A stretch of DNA of 63,759 bases, filler included, from Reticulomyxa filosa (Eukaryota; Protista; Foraminifera): NCBI GenBank assembly GCA_000512085.1. It is 24 parts of 24 records of this genome, joined end to end, with 100 filler letters (N's around TTAATTAATTAA, not from the genome) between each part and the next. Parts side by side here need not be neighbours in the genome. Positions count along the whole stretch, not along the records: positions 39,534 to 41,351 come from ASPP01016481.1; positions 41,452 to 50,517 come from ASPP01012285.1; positions 50,618 to 52,479 come from ASPP01009926.1; positions 52,580 to 55,340 come from ASPP01010443.1; 20 more parts are not named here. One strand, written 5' to 3'. Shown piece by piece: positions 39,578-53,043 of this stretch. Positions within the stretch are counted from its first letter, which is position 1, and each line of letters starts with the position of its first letter. The translations under genes and the position numbers were made by a program. A model generated the notes under the pieces. It was not told where the DNA came from and ran no database searches. It was given only the letters and a program-made list of their open reading frames with translations.

Positions 39578-40294
39578 CGAACTTTGATATCTCCAAAACT
39601 GCCAATAATACCATAGCCTTTCCGGCAAAGTGGTGAAAGGGTTAAAGCGTAGCCCATGACACTCAATGCTTTCCAAAATAGTCATAACTTCGGTCTGATG
39701 TTTATATTTAGATTGATATTCTTTGTCCGAAATTTCTATCCCGTTCCAGCGTTTCGGCACTGTTCCGTGGTCATTCCCCTGCGTCAATTGGATTATTTGA
39801 CATATACTGTTGTATACTTTTTGGGTGCTTTTCCTGCTCGAGCTTTGCCTTTTGGACGCTGATTCGCGCTGCTCTTTTTCGTCTTCTTTCTCGGTATTTC
39901 TTGGAGTCCTTGGCGTCTCTTGTTGTTTAATACGCGCGCTTCTTCGGATTCCACTCATCAAACTTTTCCTTTTTCGTTTCGTTGCTGTTGGGGTCACTTC
40001 AGTCCCGTTACTTTTTTTTTTTTTTTTTTGTGTTGTTGTTGTTGTTGTACGTTCTGTTTAATTCCCCTTTTCTGATGCGAAATTTATTTGGGAGGGAGGA
40101 AAAAAAAAACTGGTCGTTCGAGTTTATTTGTTTGTTTTTGAACACTTGGATGATGTCGGAACATTGCTTTCACTGTTATTTTGTGTCTGCGTATCATTTG
40201 CTACAACATTTGCTACAATATTTGTCCCAACATTTGCTTCTGTATTGGCTTCATGACGCCTTCGTCTTCTGGATGAAGGAGGGCCAGACATTTT
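39578..40294 (-). CDS. Hypothetical basic low-complexity protein, 5' exons
   Basis: MSGPPSSRRRRRH... exon, then ORF 39551-39997 with KRKRK and RRSAR basic (NLS-like) clusters. Confidence 0.5.
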
Positions 40295-40857
40295 ATGTGC
40301 TTTTTTTTGTTTTGGTTGTTGTTTATTTCTAATATTCTCATATTTCCTAAACATCTCTGCGATATTGTTGCATTACCGGTCAGTAAGAACAATAACTTAC
40401 TATTCTAATTGTTTCACTATTTTTTTGATACTTAACACTGTGTCTTTGTCTCTTATTGGCACTGGAAATAATTTAGTGTTGTTATTCATCCTCCAAAACA
40501 AAATTGGATTTGTTTTCATTTTTTTTAATATTGCATTTTCTTTAAAATTTTGCTAATCAACAGTTTACAGCAGTGTAATGACGAAAAGAAAATGGAGCAA
40601 AGACAAAATATGTCAACACAAAACATTGAAAAGATTGATCGACTTTTATCACAAAGAATCCCTGAGTACTTTCTTTTCATATAAAATATTATGCATTTTT
40701 GTCTGTCAACATGATAGATTGTCCATTTGCGTTGTGTCCATCAAAGTGCTTGTAAAAAAGAAGTGGTGAAGCGAAGAGAGGAGAAAACACAAGACCATTT
40801 TTTTTTATTTGTTAATAAACTAGTTTGCCGTAAGAAAGCTCAAAAAAAAAATCCAAA

Positions 40858-41215
40858 TATGCAATATCAAACATTAAACTGCAATCTTGTCAGCGAGCAA
40901 ATTTGCAGAGCAGGAAATATAGGTAATGAGTGACTTAGTTTGAGAAAAAAACACTGTGAAAGAATATTCTGTTGTGCAATTAAGAGAGAAAGAAAGCAGG
41001 GATTGTATTTGTGAAATAGCGCATCAAATCCGCAATTACTTGACGGGTTTGAACAACAACCACTATCCCGAGCTGTTAATGGTGGACCAACTGAGCGCCC
41101 AAATTGAAGGGATAACACGAGACATAGCCTCGTTGATCATCCACAAATACGATCTCAATTACCAATTGTCCAGTGCAATACGATGTACTAAATTAGCAAC
41201 TCGAATGTTTGACAG
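40858..41215 (+). CDS. Hypothetical protein, first exons (divergent from the previous gene)
   Basis: MQYQTLNC...GNI with a gtaatg donor near 40923, then exon EYSVVQLRE...RMFDR with a gtaac donor near 41216. Confidence 0.45.
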
Positions 41216-42274
41216 GTAACATTACTTTTTTTTTTAATAGATTGACGTATACAAAATCCCAAAAAAAAAAAAAAGAAATTTTTTAAAAATAAATTTCTCT
41301 TCCCCTTCCCCCCCCCCCCCCCCTCTCTTTTTTTTTTTTTTTTTTTTTTTTNNNNNNNNNNNNNNNNNNNNNNNNNNNNNNNNNNNNNNNNNNNNTTAAT
41401 TAATTAANNNNNNNNNNNNNNNNNNNNNNNNNNNNNNNNNNNNNNNNNNNNTTTTTTTTTTAATTTTTTAATTTTAAAAAATTTTTTTGCTAGATTACTT
41501 TTAAAATTTTTATTTTTGTGTTTGTATTTTTTCATGTAAATTTTTAGTTGAAATTAGCTTAACTTATGTTTGTTTTATTTAAATTTGATTTTTGTATTTA
41601 ATATTTTTTTAAACATTATAAATTATTTTTTTTGATGTTGTTGAGCGACATTGAAATTTGAATATTGATAAACTTATCTGATGATTAAAATTTTTTTTTA
41701 TAAAATTATTGTATCCATTTTGTCTTAAGTAAAAATTAGTTTGAAAAAAGTGACAAAGAAGATATAATAAAAAGCAAAGTAACTCCACGCTTATTAATTT
41801 TTTTCAATAATTAAAAAAAATTTTGTCTTTTCCACTTTTATAATTTAAAAAAAAAATGAATTTTTTGAATTAAATCTTTGTTTCAATGTTTTAAAAATTT
41901 TGTTATCAAATTTTTAGGACCGCTAACGTTTGGACAAATAAATAAAATCTAGAACTAACAATCAGGCTGTAATATGTGCAAAACAAAAGAAAATGTTTGT
42001 ATTCTTGCAGAAAGCGTCGAGCGTTTAAATACGCGATTGGTGAAGCAGATGTTGTGTGCAACTTCGAGTTGCAACAAGAATGCAATAAGAAAAAGGAGCT
42101 GTCTTGGAAAGTAAGCGCTTTTACAAAGACAAAGAGTGGTTATTTAAACTTGCAAAAAAAAGAAGAACTGGCCAATTCACGCTTGTATCCTATATTGATA
42201 AAGCGACAGGCCAAGTTGTCTCTATTGTAATTGCAACTTCAACCTTTGTCAACACCAAAAACAAAACTTAAGCT

Positions 42275-42635
42275 ATAAAAAAGAAAGTTGACACCTAAAA
42301 TGCCACATTATAGAAAAAATTGTGTTTCTCCATGAAAAGACAACATTTAATCAAAATTTTTTAAAAATATCTACGAATTGTATAGTTTAAATATCATTTT
42401 GAATTTAGTTTTTTATTAAGTCTTTCTAATTTTTTCAAAGTAAATAAAAGATTAAAATTTTTAAAAAAATTGGAAAGACTTAATAAAAAACTAAATTCAA
42501 AATGATATTTAAAACTATGCAATTCGTAGATATTTTTAAAAATTTTTTGATTAAATGTTGTCTTTTCATGGAGAAACACAATTATCTCTATAATGTGACA
42601 TTTTAGGTGTCAACTTTCTTTTTTATCCTACTGTA
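42275..42635. mobile_element. Foldback/MITE-like element (about 160-bp imperfect arms, short loop) ending in CTACTG-TA
   Basis: 42275-42436 is a near-perfect reverse complement of 42462-42626. The right end ...tcctactg|ta is shared with a diverged copy at 61044-61176. Confidence 0.8.
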
Positions 42636-43153
42636 ATTGCAATAATAAAGTAGAAACTATTTAAAAATTGAAAATTCCAGAGGAATTCTATCCATATTAC
42701 TCGAGATATCATGGCAATTAAAATTGTCTTGTTAAAACAACTTCATCAATGACAATAATCACTTGTTAATGCAATTATTTGGCATAAGATTAATTATTCA
42801 TCAATAATTTACCATACCTTAATCCAAAAAAGTAATCTTTCAGATACATTAACCAATTCACTACTAAAGATTTTAGCGAATTTTAATGTTTTTCAAAATA
42901 TTATCTTATCACAAATATGGCGTTTCAAAAGAGAAATTACATTTGTGTAATAATGGTGATTCTACTGCTGTATAGTTTTTTATTTTTGAGTGATATAAAC
43001 TTTTTAAAAGTGATTGTTAACTTTGAAAGCTATGTACTTATGTATTAATTTTCAAGTTGTTCCAAAGAAACACTTTCTCTTTTGTAAGAAAACAAAAGTC
43101 TCTATTAACAGTATTTTACAAAAATTTTACACCACAAACAAAAAAAACGAAAA

Positions 43154-45332
43154 TTACTTTGCACCATTTAAAAAGCTTTGAATTTTTTCTTTTAAAGTAA
43201 AATTTGCAAACAGTTCCAATTTTCCATCATTTAATACAGAAGAGCAATTTGGAAGCATTCTATAATTATTTGTAATTGATTGCCTGTCATATGTTCTTCC
43301 ATCTAAAGCTTTAACAGGATCATTCATAATTGCATTAGAGATAGGACATAAAAAATTTTTTGGAATATGCTCTGTTGAATATGTTATCAAAATCTTGTGA
43401 AATGAATTACGCACTGTAATAGCAGATATTTTCATAAAATTGAACATATCCATCCACTCTTGTATTTCTTTATTAAGTAATTGACTTCCTCCAATTTTCT
43501 TTTTTTCAGCATTTTCTTTGCACTCATTCATTTCTGATTTTGTGAATCTCAAATTATGTCCAATGAAAATTGCAATATCGAGTGGCTTCCATTCAATAAA
43601 TCGTCTTTCCAATTTATTCCATTCATCTTTCATCCAATTTTTATTTTGTTCTAATAATAAATTTAAATTACCACTCAAATCATCAAATCTATTCAATAAT
43701 ACCAACTCCGATTGAATACTTTCGTTTAGCGTTTTTAGTTTTTCATTTAATTTGTTTTCTTCATATATAATATCTCTTTTAGTCGAGCAAAGTTTATTAT
43801 GTTGCACTATGCAATTTATATATGTCACTAATAATGTATCAATTTCAGCTTTTAATTTTATCTTTTGCGAGCATACTGTGTCAATTTCTGATTTCACAAT
43901 CTTTTTTCTTTCACTTATTTCATTTAAACTTTGTGATGTATCTTCAAGTGCGCTCTGTGATATATATGCAAATAAAATCTTTTTTATATAATAAACAAAT
44001 AATATAAAATCAAACTTTTAAGAATTGTCGGCGCTGGATTGAAGTATCAATGTTTAGTGAAATATCTTGCATCTGTCTCGATATTTTTTTTTCCATCTTA
44101 CTAAATTTACCATCAATGCTCCAAATATCATCCCAATTCATTTCATATATTTTCATTTTATCATCAAATTTTTTAAGTTTTGTTTCCAATTTTTTTAACT
44201 CTTCTTTCTTATATTCACATTTTTCTGGACTTGTTTCTGTTGTATACTGGATCCTTCTCCTTTTCATATGCGGAGGGAATGGCGTTCCATGGCTCATCCT
44301 CATTTGTTCGTCTTGTAATCCGATACATTCATACAATTCGGCGATTTCTGCTAATTCTATTGTTTTATGTATTACGCTTAAATCTATAATACAATGTAAA
44401 TTTTTATCATAATCACTTTCAGCACCAATTATATGGATTTGTGTAGCACGATCGTTCAAAATTGCTGATGATGAATATAAGTCCAGTGGTATTTTAAATT
44501 TACATTTTTTCCATGAATGGTTTTTCATTGACCACTTATACACACAGCTTCCTTTTCCTTGATCAGTCACATTTCTTCCTCCAAATAAAAATATGCAATC
44601 ATAGAAGCTCACAAATGAAGAGAAAGGAATATTCAAATTATGACATTCACCTATGCTTTCATAAAAAAATTTATTTGTTTTTTCATTATATTCTATGAAA
44701 AGTATTCCTTCATCACAAATTAAAATAAATTGATCTTGCACTTTGATATTATTTATTGTCAAATAAGTAAAGAAATGAAAGCTAAATGAATAGTCCTTTT
44801 GTGCAATTTTGCTATCTTGTATTGTAGTCATAGTTTTCAAATCGACAATTTTAATATTGTGTGGAGGATGAGTAATAAATAATAAATTATTATCTTTTCC
44901 ACCAATTAATCCTCTTGAACCCTTTAAATTTTCGTTGAATTTACCAATATTTTGATTATCATTACATTTAACCCACATATTAAAATTTTCATCAGTTTTG
45001 GATTCAGGGTAGTCCCACACACTTTTATACTTCATTAAAAACGTGCATTTCGTTGTATTCCTACCTATTCCTCCAAAGGATAACAGATTTAATTCATTGC
45101 CACTTGTTTGTGAATTTGTCATGAATTTTGTAACAAAATGTCCATCAAATGAGATATCGCCAGGATAAGAGCATATATATTTATATTCTTTTTTTATAGT
45201 GTGGTATGAATAGCATTTGTTATTATTATAACCCCCACAAATTATCAATTCATTTTCAAAAGTGACACTTTGAGAATCGGAATATCGTTCCGGTAATTTG
45301 ACAATTTCATAATCATTCAATGGCGGATACAT
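43154..45332 (-). CDS. Kelch-propeller / coiled-coil / SAM-like / U-box E3 ubiquitin ligase (complete, 2 exons, about 705 aa)
   Basis: Exon 1 (45332-44016) carries Kelch motifs LIICGG..CYSYH, LLSFGG and IFLFGG. An in-frame GT-AG intron lies at 43955-44015. Exon 2 (43954-43154) has W-x-x-x-DI (SAM-like start) and the U-box IPKNFLCPISNAIMNDPVKALDGRTYDRQSI. Confidence 0.92.
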
Positions 45333-46697
45333 TATCTAGTTTGAAAAAAGCTATCACAAAACAAGCAGATTAAATCTAGATATGATCGATGTATGTTTGA
45401 ATAAAGAATTTTTTTTTAGATTAATTCGTGATTACCCTTTCTCTTTTATTTTTATCAAGAATAAAACAAAATTTCCAAAATGAATAACAAAAAACCTTAT
45501 TGTAGAACATATAGTTGCATAAAAAGTAATATTTTTATCAAAATAGTTATTTTGTTTCTAATAGAATTGAAGAATCAATCTTTTTGCAAAATGACTAAGA
45601 AAAAAAATAATATTTAAAAATTTCATGTCTAGCTTGGAAATTAATCTCTAATGAAGATAAAGGAGGCAAGTATATTGACAAAATCATCACAAAACTGTTC
45701 AGTATTTCAACTCAGTTTCGACAATTCCTTTTCATTTCTTAATCAATTTTTACCATGCTACTTGTTTGCTGCCAATAACGTTCTTGTACGCAACAGACAA
45801 CATTCTTTTCTTTCAAAAGCTCATGATATAATTTTGACTGTCATATCGTTGTGCTGTTTTGGTCAAAAAATCTTATTGGAAAAAAAATTGCATTATCTTC
45901 ATTACATGTAAATCAAACTTATTCGATACACTTGAGATTTCAAAAGATAAACCAAAACACACTTTTGTAGAACTCAGCGAATAAAAAAAAAATGAAAAAA
46001 ATGAAAAAAATGAAAAAAAAAGAAAAGAAATCAAAACTATGTCGTGCCGCCTGACCAATAGTTTTATTTTCTTTCTTTCTTTTTTCATTTTTTCCCTTTT
46101 TTTATTTTTTATGGCAAAGGTATTTTTACATTCTATTTTATAAATAGTTCTTGGTAATCAAGTGTTGACGTGTAAACTCGGACATCAATATGGTCTTTAA
46201 AGATAGATAGCTCTTTACTTTTTTTTGTTGAAGAAGTAAATGTGCGTATCTTGGACATGCACATGAAGGCAGATTATTGATTGTATGATAGAATAAACAT
46301 TTTTTTTATAATTGTGGAATTTTATATTTATGCAGTAATATTAAGAACATCGTTTCTATTTTTTGTTGTTGAGTAATAAAGACTTAAGTGGTGATTTTTT
46401 CGTAGATGTCGACAAGCGAAAACAAAAAAATGATTTCACGTGTTTCAAGATATTTTGCGTTTATTTTGAGCAGTAATTTCCAAAACATCACTTCCAAATT
46501 TTTTGCTTTTTTAAAAACAAAAGGAAGATGATTAAATATGATTATGCAAACTAAAAAACAAAAAATCAATTGAATTTGTTTGAATTGATTCTGTCAAGTA
46601 ATATGCTGCAGATAAATATGGTGAAACAGAATAGAACCAGTCTCAAAAATAAGATTTGCCAATGAAACAAAGTATTTAAACCTAGCTTTGCATAAGT

Positions 46698-49600
46698 TCA
46701 AAGGTATGTTTCCTCGTGGTCAAGTCCTGTTACTTTCGTTTCATCGGTCAACTCATTGCGCTCTGTCTCTGATTTTTTCCATATTATTGTTATTTTTGTA
46801 TCATTGTTCTTATTTTCTTGCTCACTTGCAGACGGTTTCACTTTCAATGTAGATTTATATACAACAAATCCTCCCACTTCCGAATTTTCTCGTTCACTGG
46901 GTCGATTTGAACTTATGTGAGAGTCCAATGCGGTTCGTTTCTTCGCTCCTTTGGTAATGAGTTATACACAAGATAAAAAAAAATTTTGGAAGTTACTTTT
47001 GAAAATTGATTGTATTTGGAATATAACTTCGAGAGGCAAGATGTTTGCCAACACCAAATAGAAAACAACCATCGATAATGACAAATCCATTAAGAGCAAT
47101 AGATATGACAAATGCTGATTAGTAAACGTATTACCATACGCAGCCAACAATAGCTAAATGGTTTGCTGAAATAAAAATGAACCAATTAATATAAATACTG
47201 AAAACAGAGGAACTTCATTGAGTAACTCTGGAGGATTCTTTTGGCTTAATGTAAATGAATATCGCAACAAATTGGAAACAATGCACACAGAAGGACAATC
47301 AATGGACAAAACAGTCCCAATGCCACTACCAATTCCACATTCACAAATAAACTTGCACTTTGAATATTGAGCTTGCCTGGTTGTCGATTGTACAATGGAT
47401 TTAAGAAACCAAATATAACCAAAATCCACGGTGTAAAGATATTTATAATCATTTTTGTCACCATCACATTTCCCCATTTTCCCAATATTTCACGAACACA
47501 TGGACCTACTGAGAGTTCATTACAAAATCATTCCAATTATTATTTTAATGTTGTGAACACATAAAAATATACAAATATATATATATATTTTTACAAACCA
47601 ACTGCACCGCTGTTGGTTTGACATAAATTACCCCAAATAAACACTGACACTGACATCTTTTGTTCATCTAAATTTTGAAGCATAAATGATTGAGGACCGA
47701 GCGCAGTGTCTATGATATAGTTAGAACTCATTGATACTTAAAATTCCATTGATAATCAACAATAGTTTTAGTTATATCATGTTTGTTGTTAGTGCAAAGA
47801 TCTCAATAGTCAATCTATTTTCTTCCACAATCATTATAAAAGATTAATGCAAAAATGAGAAGCAGGATACCACAAACCAATGATCTCAATATCAATGTCA
47901 TTAAACTACGGTATTGCTTATTTTTCGTGGATTTTCAATTCCAAAACAATAGACAACAAACTCACTGAAATAAAATGAAAGATGAATGAATTGTGAAAGG
48001 ATAACACAAATGCCAAAGCTCTTTCAATCACTGTCAGCCATATAGAAGATACGTGTAATGAGTTATTTCCTGGAAAAGATTGAAATATAAAATACGCACA
48101 AATACACCCCAAAGCTATAATCCATTCGATCAATGTTACTATTAACATCACACCCTTTTGACAATTAAATGAAGGTTTTTTGTTATCTAATTCTTTTTCT
48201 CCGTTTTTTTCTTGTTTAATTTAGAGTTGATCCACCATTTATACATATTTAACATTACACAATAATACCAAAAACACCAATAGCAAAGATGCTCCCAGTG
48301 ACGGACTTTCAAAATATGCCAGTGACAAATGTGACAATGCTATATTCCCAATAAATTGCTGCTAATATGCAAATGACTGCCATTTCAAACCAATTGTTCA
48401 GCGATTTCAACAGCAGCTTTTTTTTAAAAAAAAATTCTATAAATTTAATTTTTTTTCTCCTCTTCTTAACTTGTAATTGCAGGAAACCAGCGTGTTCCGG
48501 TAATTTACTCCAAGGGACAACACAATCACAACAAAAAAGGTATTTGTCCTTGCAAACATATGTTCGAAACAGTTCTTTCCAAGTGAATACAAGCAACACT
48601 GAAGCAATTGCAACAGCGACTCCAACTAGCAGAATTTGAAAAAATTTGCTCTCTTTTGTGATCAAAAGATTTCGAGCGTTTCTTTCGTTTGTTAACACGT
48701 ATAATAACAATGACTGCTGTTTCATTATGTCATACCATTTCTCACTTTCTGAACTGATTGCCTGGCAAATATAATCCACTTGGTAATTGCTTTGAAATGT
48801 TTGCATTAAGAGTAACTTCAAAAATTGCTTGATCGCTACTTCCTTCCACTACAATGTTTCAAAATATTTTTTTGATGTTTGTTTGAGTAAAAAAGAGATT
48901 GATACACCTGTAGAAGAGATAGTTTGGGATGCAAGATTGAACGGGTAATCAGCTTTTACCAAATTCCTGGGCAGTGGACCAGATAACCGATTTTGCAATA
49001 GAGTTGCAAAATATCATAGTATTATTGTCCATGAAAGTAGATGGAATTTCTCCGCCTATATTACAATTGTGGCCAAATAACATTTTGATGCTTGATTTGT
49101 TTTGGAAATTTGAAAACTTTCCTTTGATTTCAAGATTGTTAAAATGGCAATATTTCCAAATTCCGTGCATTTGATAAAATTTGATCTAGCCTATGTAAAA
49201 AAAAGAGTATGTGCATATGTTCTGAGCATAAAAAAAAAATACCAATCATGCAAATCGTCCAAAAAATGATTATTATGCAATATCATGACCGTTAATTTGT
49301 CAACCTCTTTGACAGACTTGCAACCTTCCGCTGAGTTGATTGTCCTCCAGTGATAAAAGATAGAGATCAATTGCATTTGTGAATGTTGGTATACTCCCAT
49401 GGAATGACTTGTTGTTTACCACAAAAATTGAAATTTTTGGAAATTCATTCAATTTCGGCAAAGATCACTTAATCTTTTTTTATTTCATTTCAATCAATTT
49501 TTTTAAAAAAGTATTTATTTTTGTACTTAACAAGTTATTGCTTAGTACAATGTAAGTTAAATTTTTCAAATTTTTAATTTCGACAGGAATGGAACCAGTT

Positions 49601-49930
49601 AATTTTTTTTCATTTAATCTCAAATATTTTAAGTTTGCTATATTGTCAATATTTGATGGGATGATACCACTGAATTTGTGATTTGAATAAAAAAACATGT
49701 TATTAGATAAAAATGATAACTTTTTATTATTTAACTCATTTGAATGTAACCACAAATACTCCAAACTCTCCATATTAACAATTTCCAACGACAGAGTACC
49801 ATTTAAACTATTTTTTCCATTTTCAATAATCAAACACGTTGATATACTTCAGTTGTTTAGACTAATCAAATTTTTTTTCACTTTTCATTTTCATTTCTCA
49901 ACTGATTTGAATTCATCCACAGATACTGTA
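46698..49930 (-). pseudogene. LRR ectodomain + multi-TM receptor-like gene, heavily frameshifted
   Basis: Plant-type LRRs (LEYLWLHSNEL, FSGIIPSNI..LKYLRL..LTGSIPVEIKNLKNL, IGGEIPS) at about 48950-49830. Many hydrophobic ORF fragments follow (48821 down to 46960), then a hydrophilic tail ending at 46698. Confidence 0.7.
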
Positions 49931-50517
49931 ATTGTGATAGTTTAAATGGTACTCTGTCGTTGGAAATTGTTAATATGGAGAGTTTGGAGTATTTGTGGTT
50001 ACATTCAAATGAGTTAAATAATAAAAAGTTATCATTTTTATCTAATAACATGTTTTTTTATTCAAATCACAAATTCAGTGGTATCATCCCATCAAATATT
50101 GACAATATAGCAAACTTAAAATATTTGAGATTAAATGAAAAAAAATTAACTGGTTCCATTCCTGTCGAAATTAAAAATTTGAAAAATTTAACTTACATTG
50201 TACTAAGCAATAACTTGTTAAGTACAAAAATAAATACTTTTTTAAAAAAATTGATTGAAATGAAATAAAAAAAGATTAAGTGATCTTTGCCGAAATTGAA
50301 TGAATTTCCAAAAATTTCAATTTTTGTGGTAAACAACAAGTCATTCCATGGGAGTATACCAACATTCACAAATGCAATTGATCTCTATCTTTTATCACTG
50401 GAGGACAATCAACTCAGCGGAAGGTTGCAAGTCTGTCAAAGAGGTTGACAAATTAACGGTCATGATATTGCATAATAATCATTTTTTGGACGATTTGCAT
50501 GATTGGTATTTTTTTTT
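49231..50517. repeat. 581-bp inverted duplication (arms 49231-49811 and 49937-50517, 125-nt spacer)
   Basis: ORF translations are identical on opposite strands (49480-49833 - vs 49960-50268 +; 49191-49400 - vs 50348 onwards +). The right arm runs to the contig end. Confidence 0.95.
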
Positions 50518-50720
50518 NNNNNNNNNNNNNNNNNNNNNNNNNNNNNNNNNNNNNNNNNNNNTTAATTAATTAANNNNNNNNNNNNNNNNNNNNNNNNNNN
50601 NNNNNNNNNNNNNNNNNGACGTTATTCATGTATATCCTCCTTTTTTCTCATCATCATCATCATCATCTTCTTCTTCTTCTTTTTCTTCTTCTTCTTTGTC
50701 TGCTCTTGCACCACGTAAAG

Positions 50721-51630
50721 GACGTCTACCCCGCCTGCCGACAGACGCGGAAGTAATGGAGGCTTACAACTCGTGGGTGGATCGAAAGGATGTGAATGTG
50801 GATAGAGATACCCTGATATGGAAAGCGTCCAGATTGAAACATATAATGGTGCACCGACTCCACGAATCTGACCTCCAGAACTTGGACCGGCTGAAAAAGA
50901 CCAAACTAATTGGGCTGTACCAACGACATAAACGCCGCAGCTGGAAAAACATCAATGATATTCTACATCAGTGCAATGCCATGTACAACCAATTCGATAT
51001 CTTTTGCGACAAAATCGATCTGGACGAATTCGTTCATCCGAGAGATATCGTGTTGATGCATCGAAGTGTTGATATGGTCATTGGCATTCATGGTCGGTTG
51101 ATTCATTTCATTCATTCATTCATTTTTTTTTTTTTTTATATGATTGAATATACATATATGTATACATATATCCTTCTTTTTTAAACTTGTACAAATTCAA
51201 ACAAACTCTTGCAGGCTCACAATTGCAAAATGCATTTTTGATGAAAAAAGAAGGGTCTTTTATCGTGGAGTTGCTACCTTGCTGTGATGCCCCCAGCTTC
51301 GCCAGCAGTTTGGATAGACCTACAATCATTGGGAAAACCTTTTGGAATGCAAGGTTCAATTATGTGGGATTGAAATTATCCGATGACAGCAAAGTGCACA
51401 GGACTGAAGACGTGGATAAAACAGATACCTGGGCGGATTTGGATTTCAATGTTCAATGGCATTCTTTACAATCTGTCATCAATTTTTTGATCATCAATGA
51501 CGGTGGAATGTGCACAAAATATCAATCTGCTGACTTAATCAAAATTCCCGATTTACAAAACTTCGCTATTTATACCGCCTTTTGTCCTCAAAATTCCAGT
51601 GTCATTGCTCATTTTACTCATCCTCCATAA
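50721..51630 (+). CDS. Glycosyltransferase family 61 (DUF563)-like protein, C-terminal exons
   Basis: YQRHKRRSWKN...IVLMHRSVDMVIGIHG|SQLQNAFLM...IVELLP matches the GT61 motif R..R...N...xGxHGAxLxNxxF...VIEL. In-frame intron at 51093-51214. Confidence 0.8.
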
Positions 51631-52678
51631 CCTATTTGTTTTTCGATTTTCTTCATCTTCATTTCTAATAGCTTTTTAAAACATTTAAGAAGTGACTTTT
51701 TTTTTCCATTGCATATCATAAATGTTCTCGCTTCTTTCTTATAAAATTCGAAATAAATGCTATCGAATATTCCTTATTTCTGGCCGTAACTACAAAAAAC
51801 GTAGCTGTCAAACTTGCAAAGTGAATTGCTATAGTGAAAAATGAAAAATAATGAATTACACGAATAAAAATCTACAATACGCTTTATTTCTTGCCAAAGG
51901 AAAGTACAACCTTGTGTTTTTGTAGAGATCTCTCCTCAAAATACAAAGATGAACTTTCTGTCAATTCATAGTTATATTGACGCCAACATAAACAATTTCA
52001 TTTTGAAAGAAACATCCTCAAGGAAGCAATTGTAAAAAAAAAGAATTCTTCTTGGTTTGGCTATTGTAAACTCAGAACGTGCAAAACGAAACACAGACAA
52101 CAGAGCAAAAGAGGAAAGTGAAGAAAAAAGTATTAAAAAAGTTTCCAAGACCTTACCACATTTTCTTGAAACGGGCAAGAGGAGAAAAAAGAAAAGACGA
52201 AATTACACTCAGCAAATCTTTTATGTCGAAAATAGAATTTTGTTTGTGCACTTTTTTTCTACCTTTTTTACATAATCCCACCTTCAATAATTTTTCTTTC
52301 CTCCAAAAAAAAAAGATCATCATGCAAACTGGAAATTTTTTCACGCAAAAAAAAAAAAAAATTATCCAAAGCACAAACAAGAACAAACAAAAAACAACAA
52401 CCAAATGAAACAAAACAAAGCAAGAAGAGTCATGGATCCAACTCACCCACAAATATTTTTTTTTAATATTCATTTTTTTNNNNNNNNNNNNNNNNNNNNN
52501 NNNNNNNNNNNNNNNNNNNNNNNTTAATTAATTAANNNNNNNNNNNNNNNNNNNNNNNNNNNNNNNNNNNNNNNNNNNNAAAAGAAAATAGAGTAATAAT
52601 AATTCCTTAAAAAAAAAAAAAACAAAAAAAAAACTTTATCTTTGAAGTTTGTATATTTGAACATATACACATATGATA

Positions 52679-53043
52679 CCGAAAGCATGCTCCAAATAAT
52701 ATGAAGGTGTATTGGTGGATTCAGGAAGCGGGTCCACCGGTAGCGATGGCATTTGGCCAAAGGGTCCGCTGTAATCAAGGCCTTCTCTGCGACGCTTATT
52801 GTTAGGACAATAAAATGTATTGGAATCATGGTCCTTCTCATTGCAATCAGGACTTTCTTCCCAGTCCAACTTACGCTTCTCCGGTCTTTGTCTGTCATCC
52901 TCCTTTTCGCTCGTTGTTACCGATGATGTTGTGTCGTTCAGGTCAAGCGCGTCCCAACCGCTCTGACAATAATCGTTTAGCGTCAGGTGGTCATCCATTG
53001 CATGCGGTGGATATCTATTGTCACTCTCGTTTTCAATGTTCAT
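52679..53043 (-). CDS. Hypothetical acidic/low-complexity protein exon
   Basis: ORF 52636-53043 has coding-like composition and a GT donor near 52678. No domain recognised. Confidence 0.45.

Noticed and set aside
49960-50268. Second LRR gene on the + strand
   Set aside because: It is an exact inverted copy of part of the - strand pseudogene, not an independent gene.
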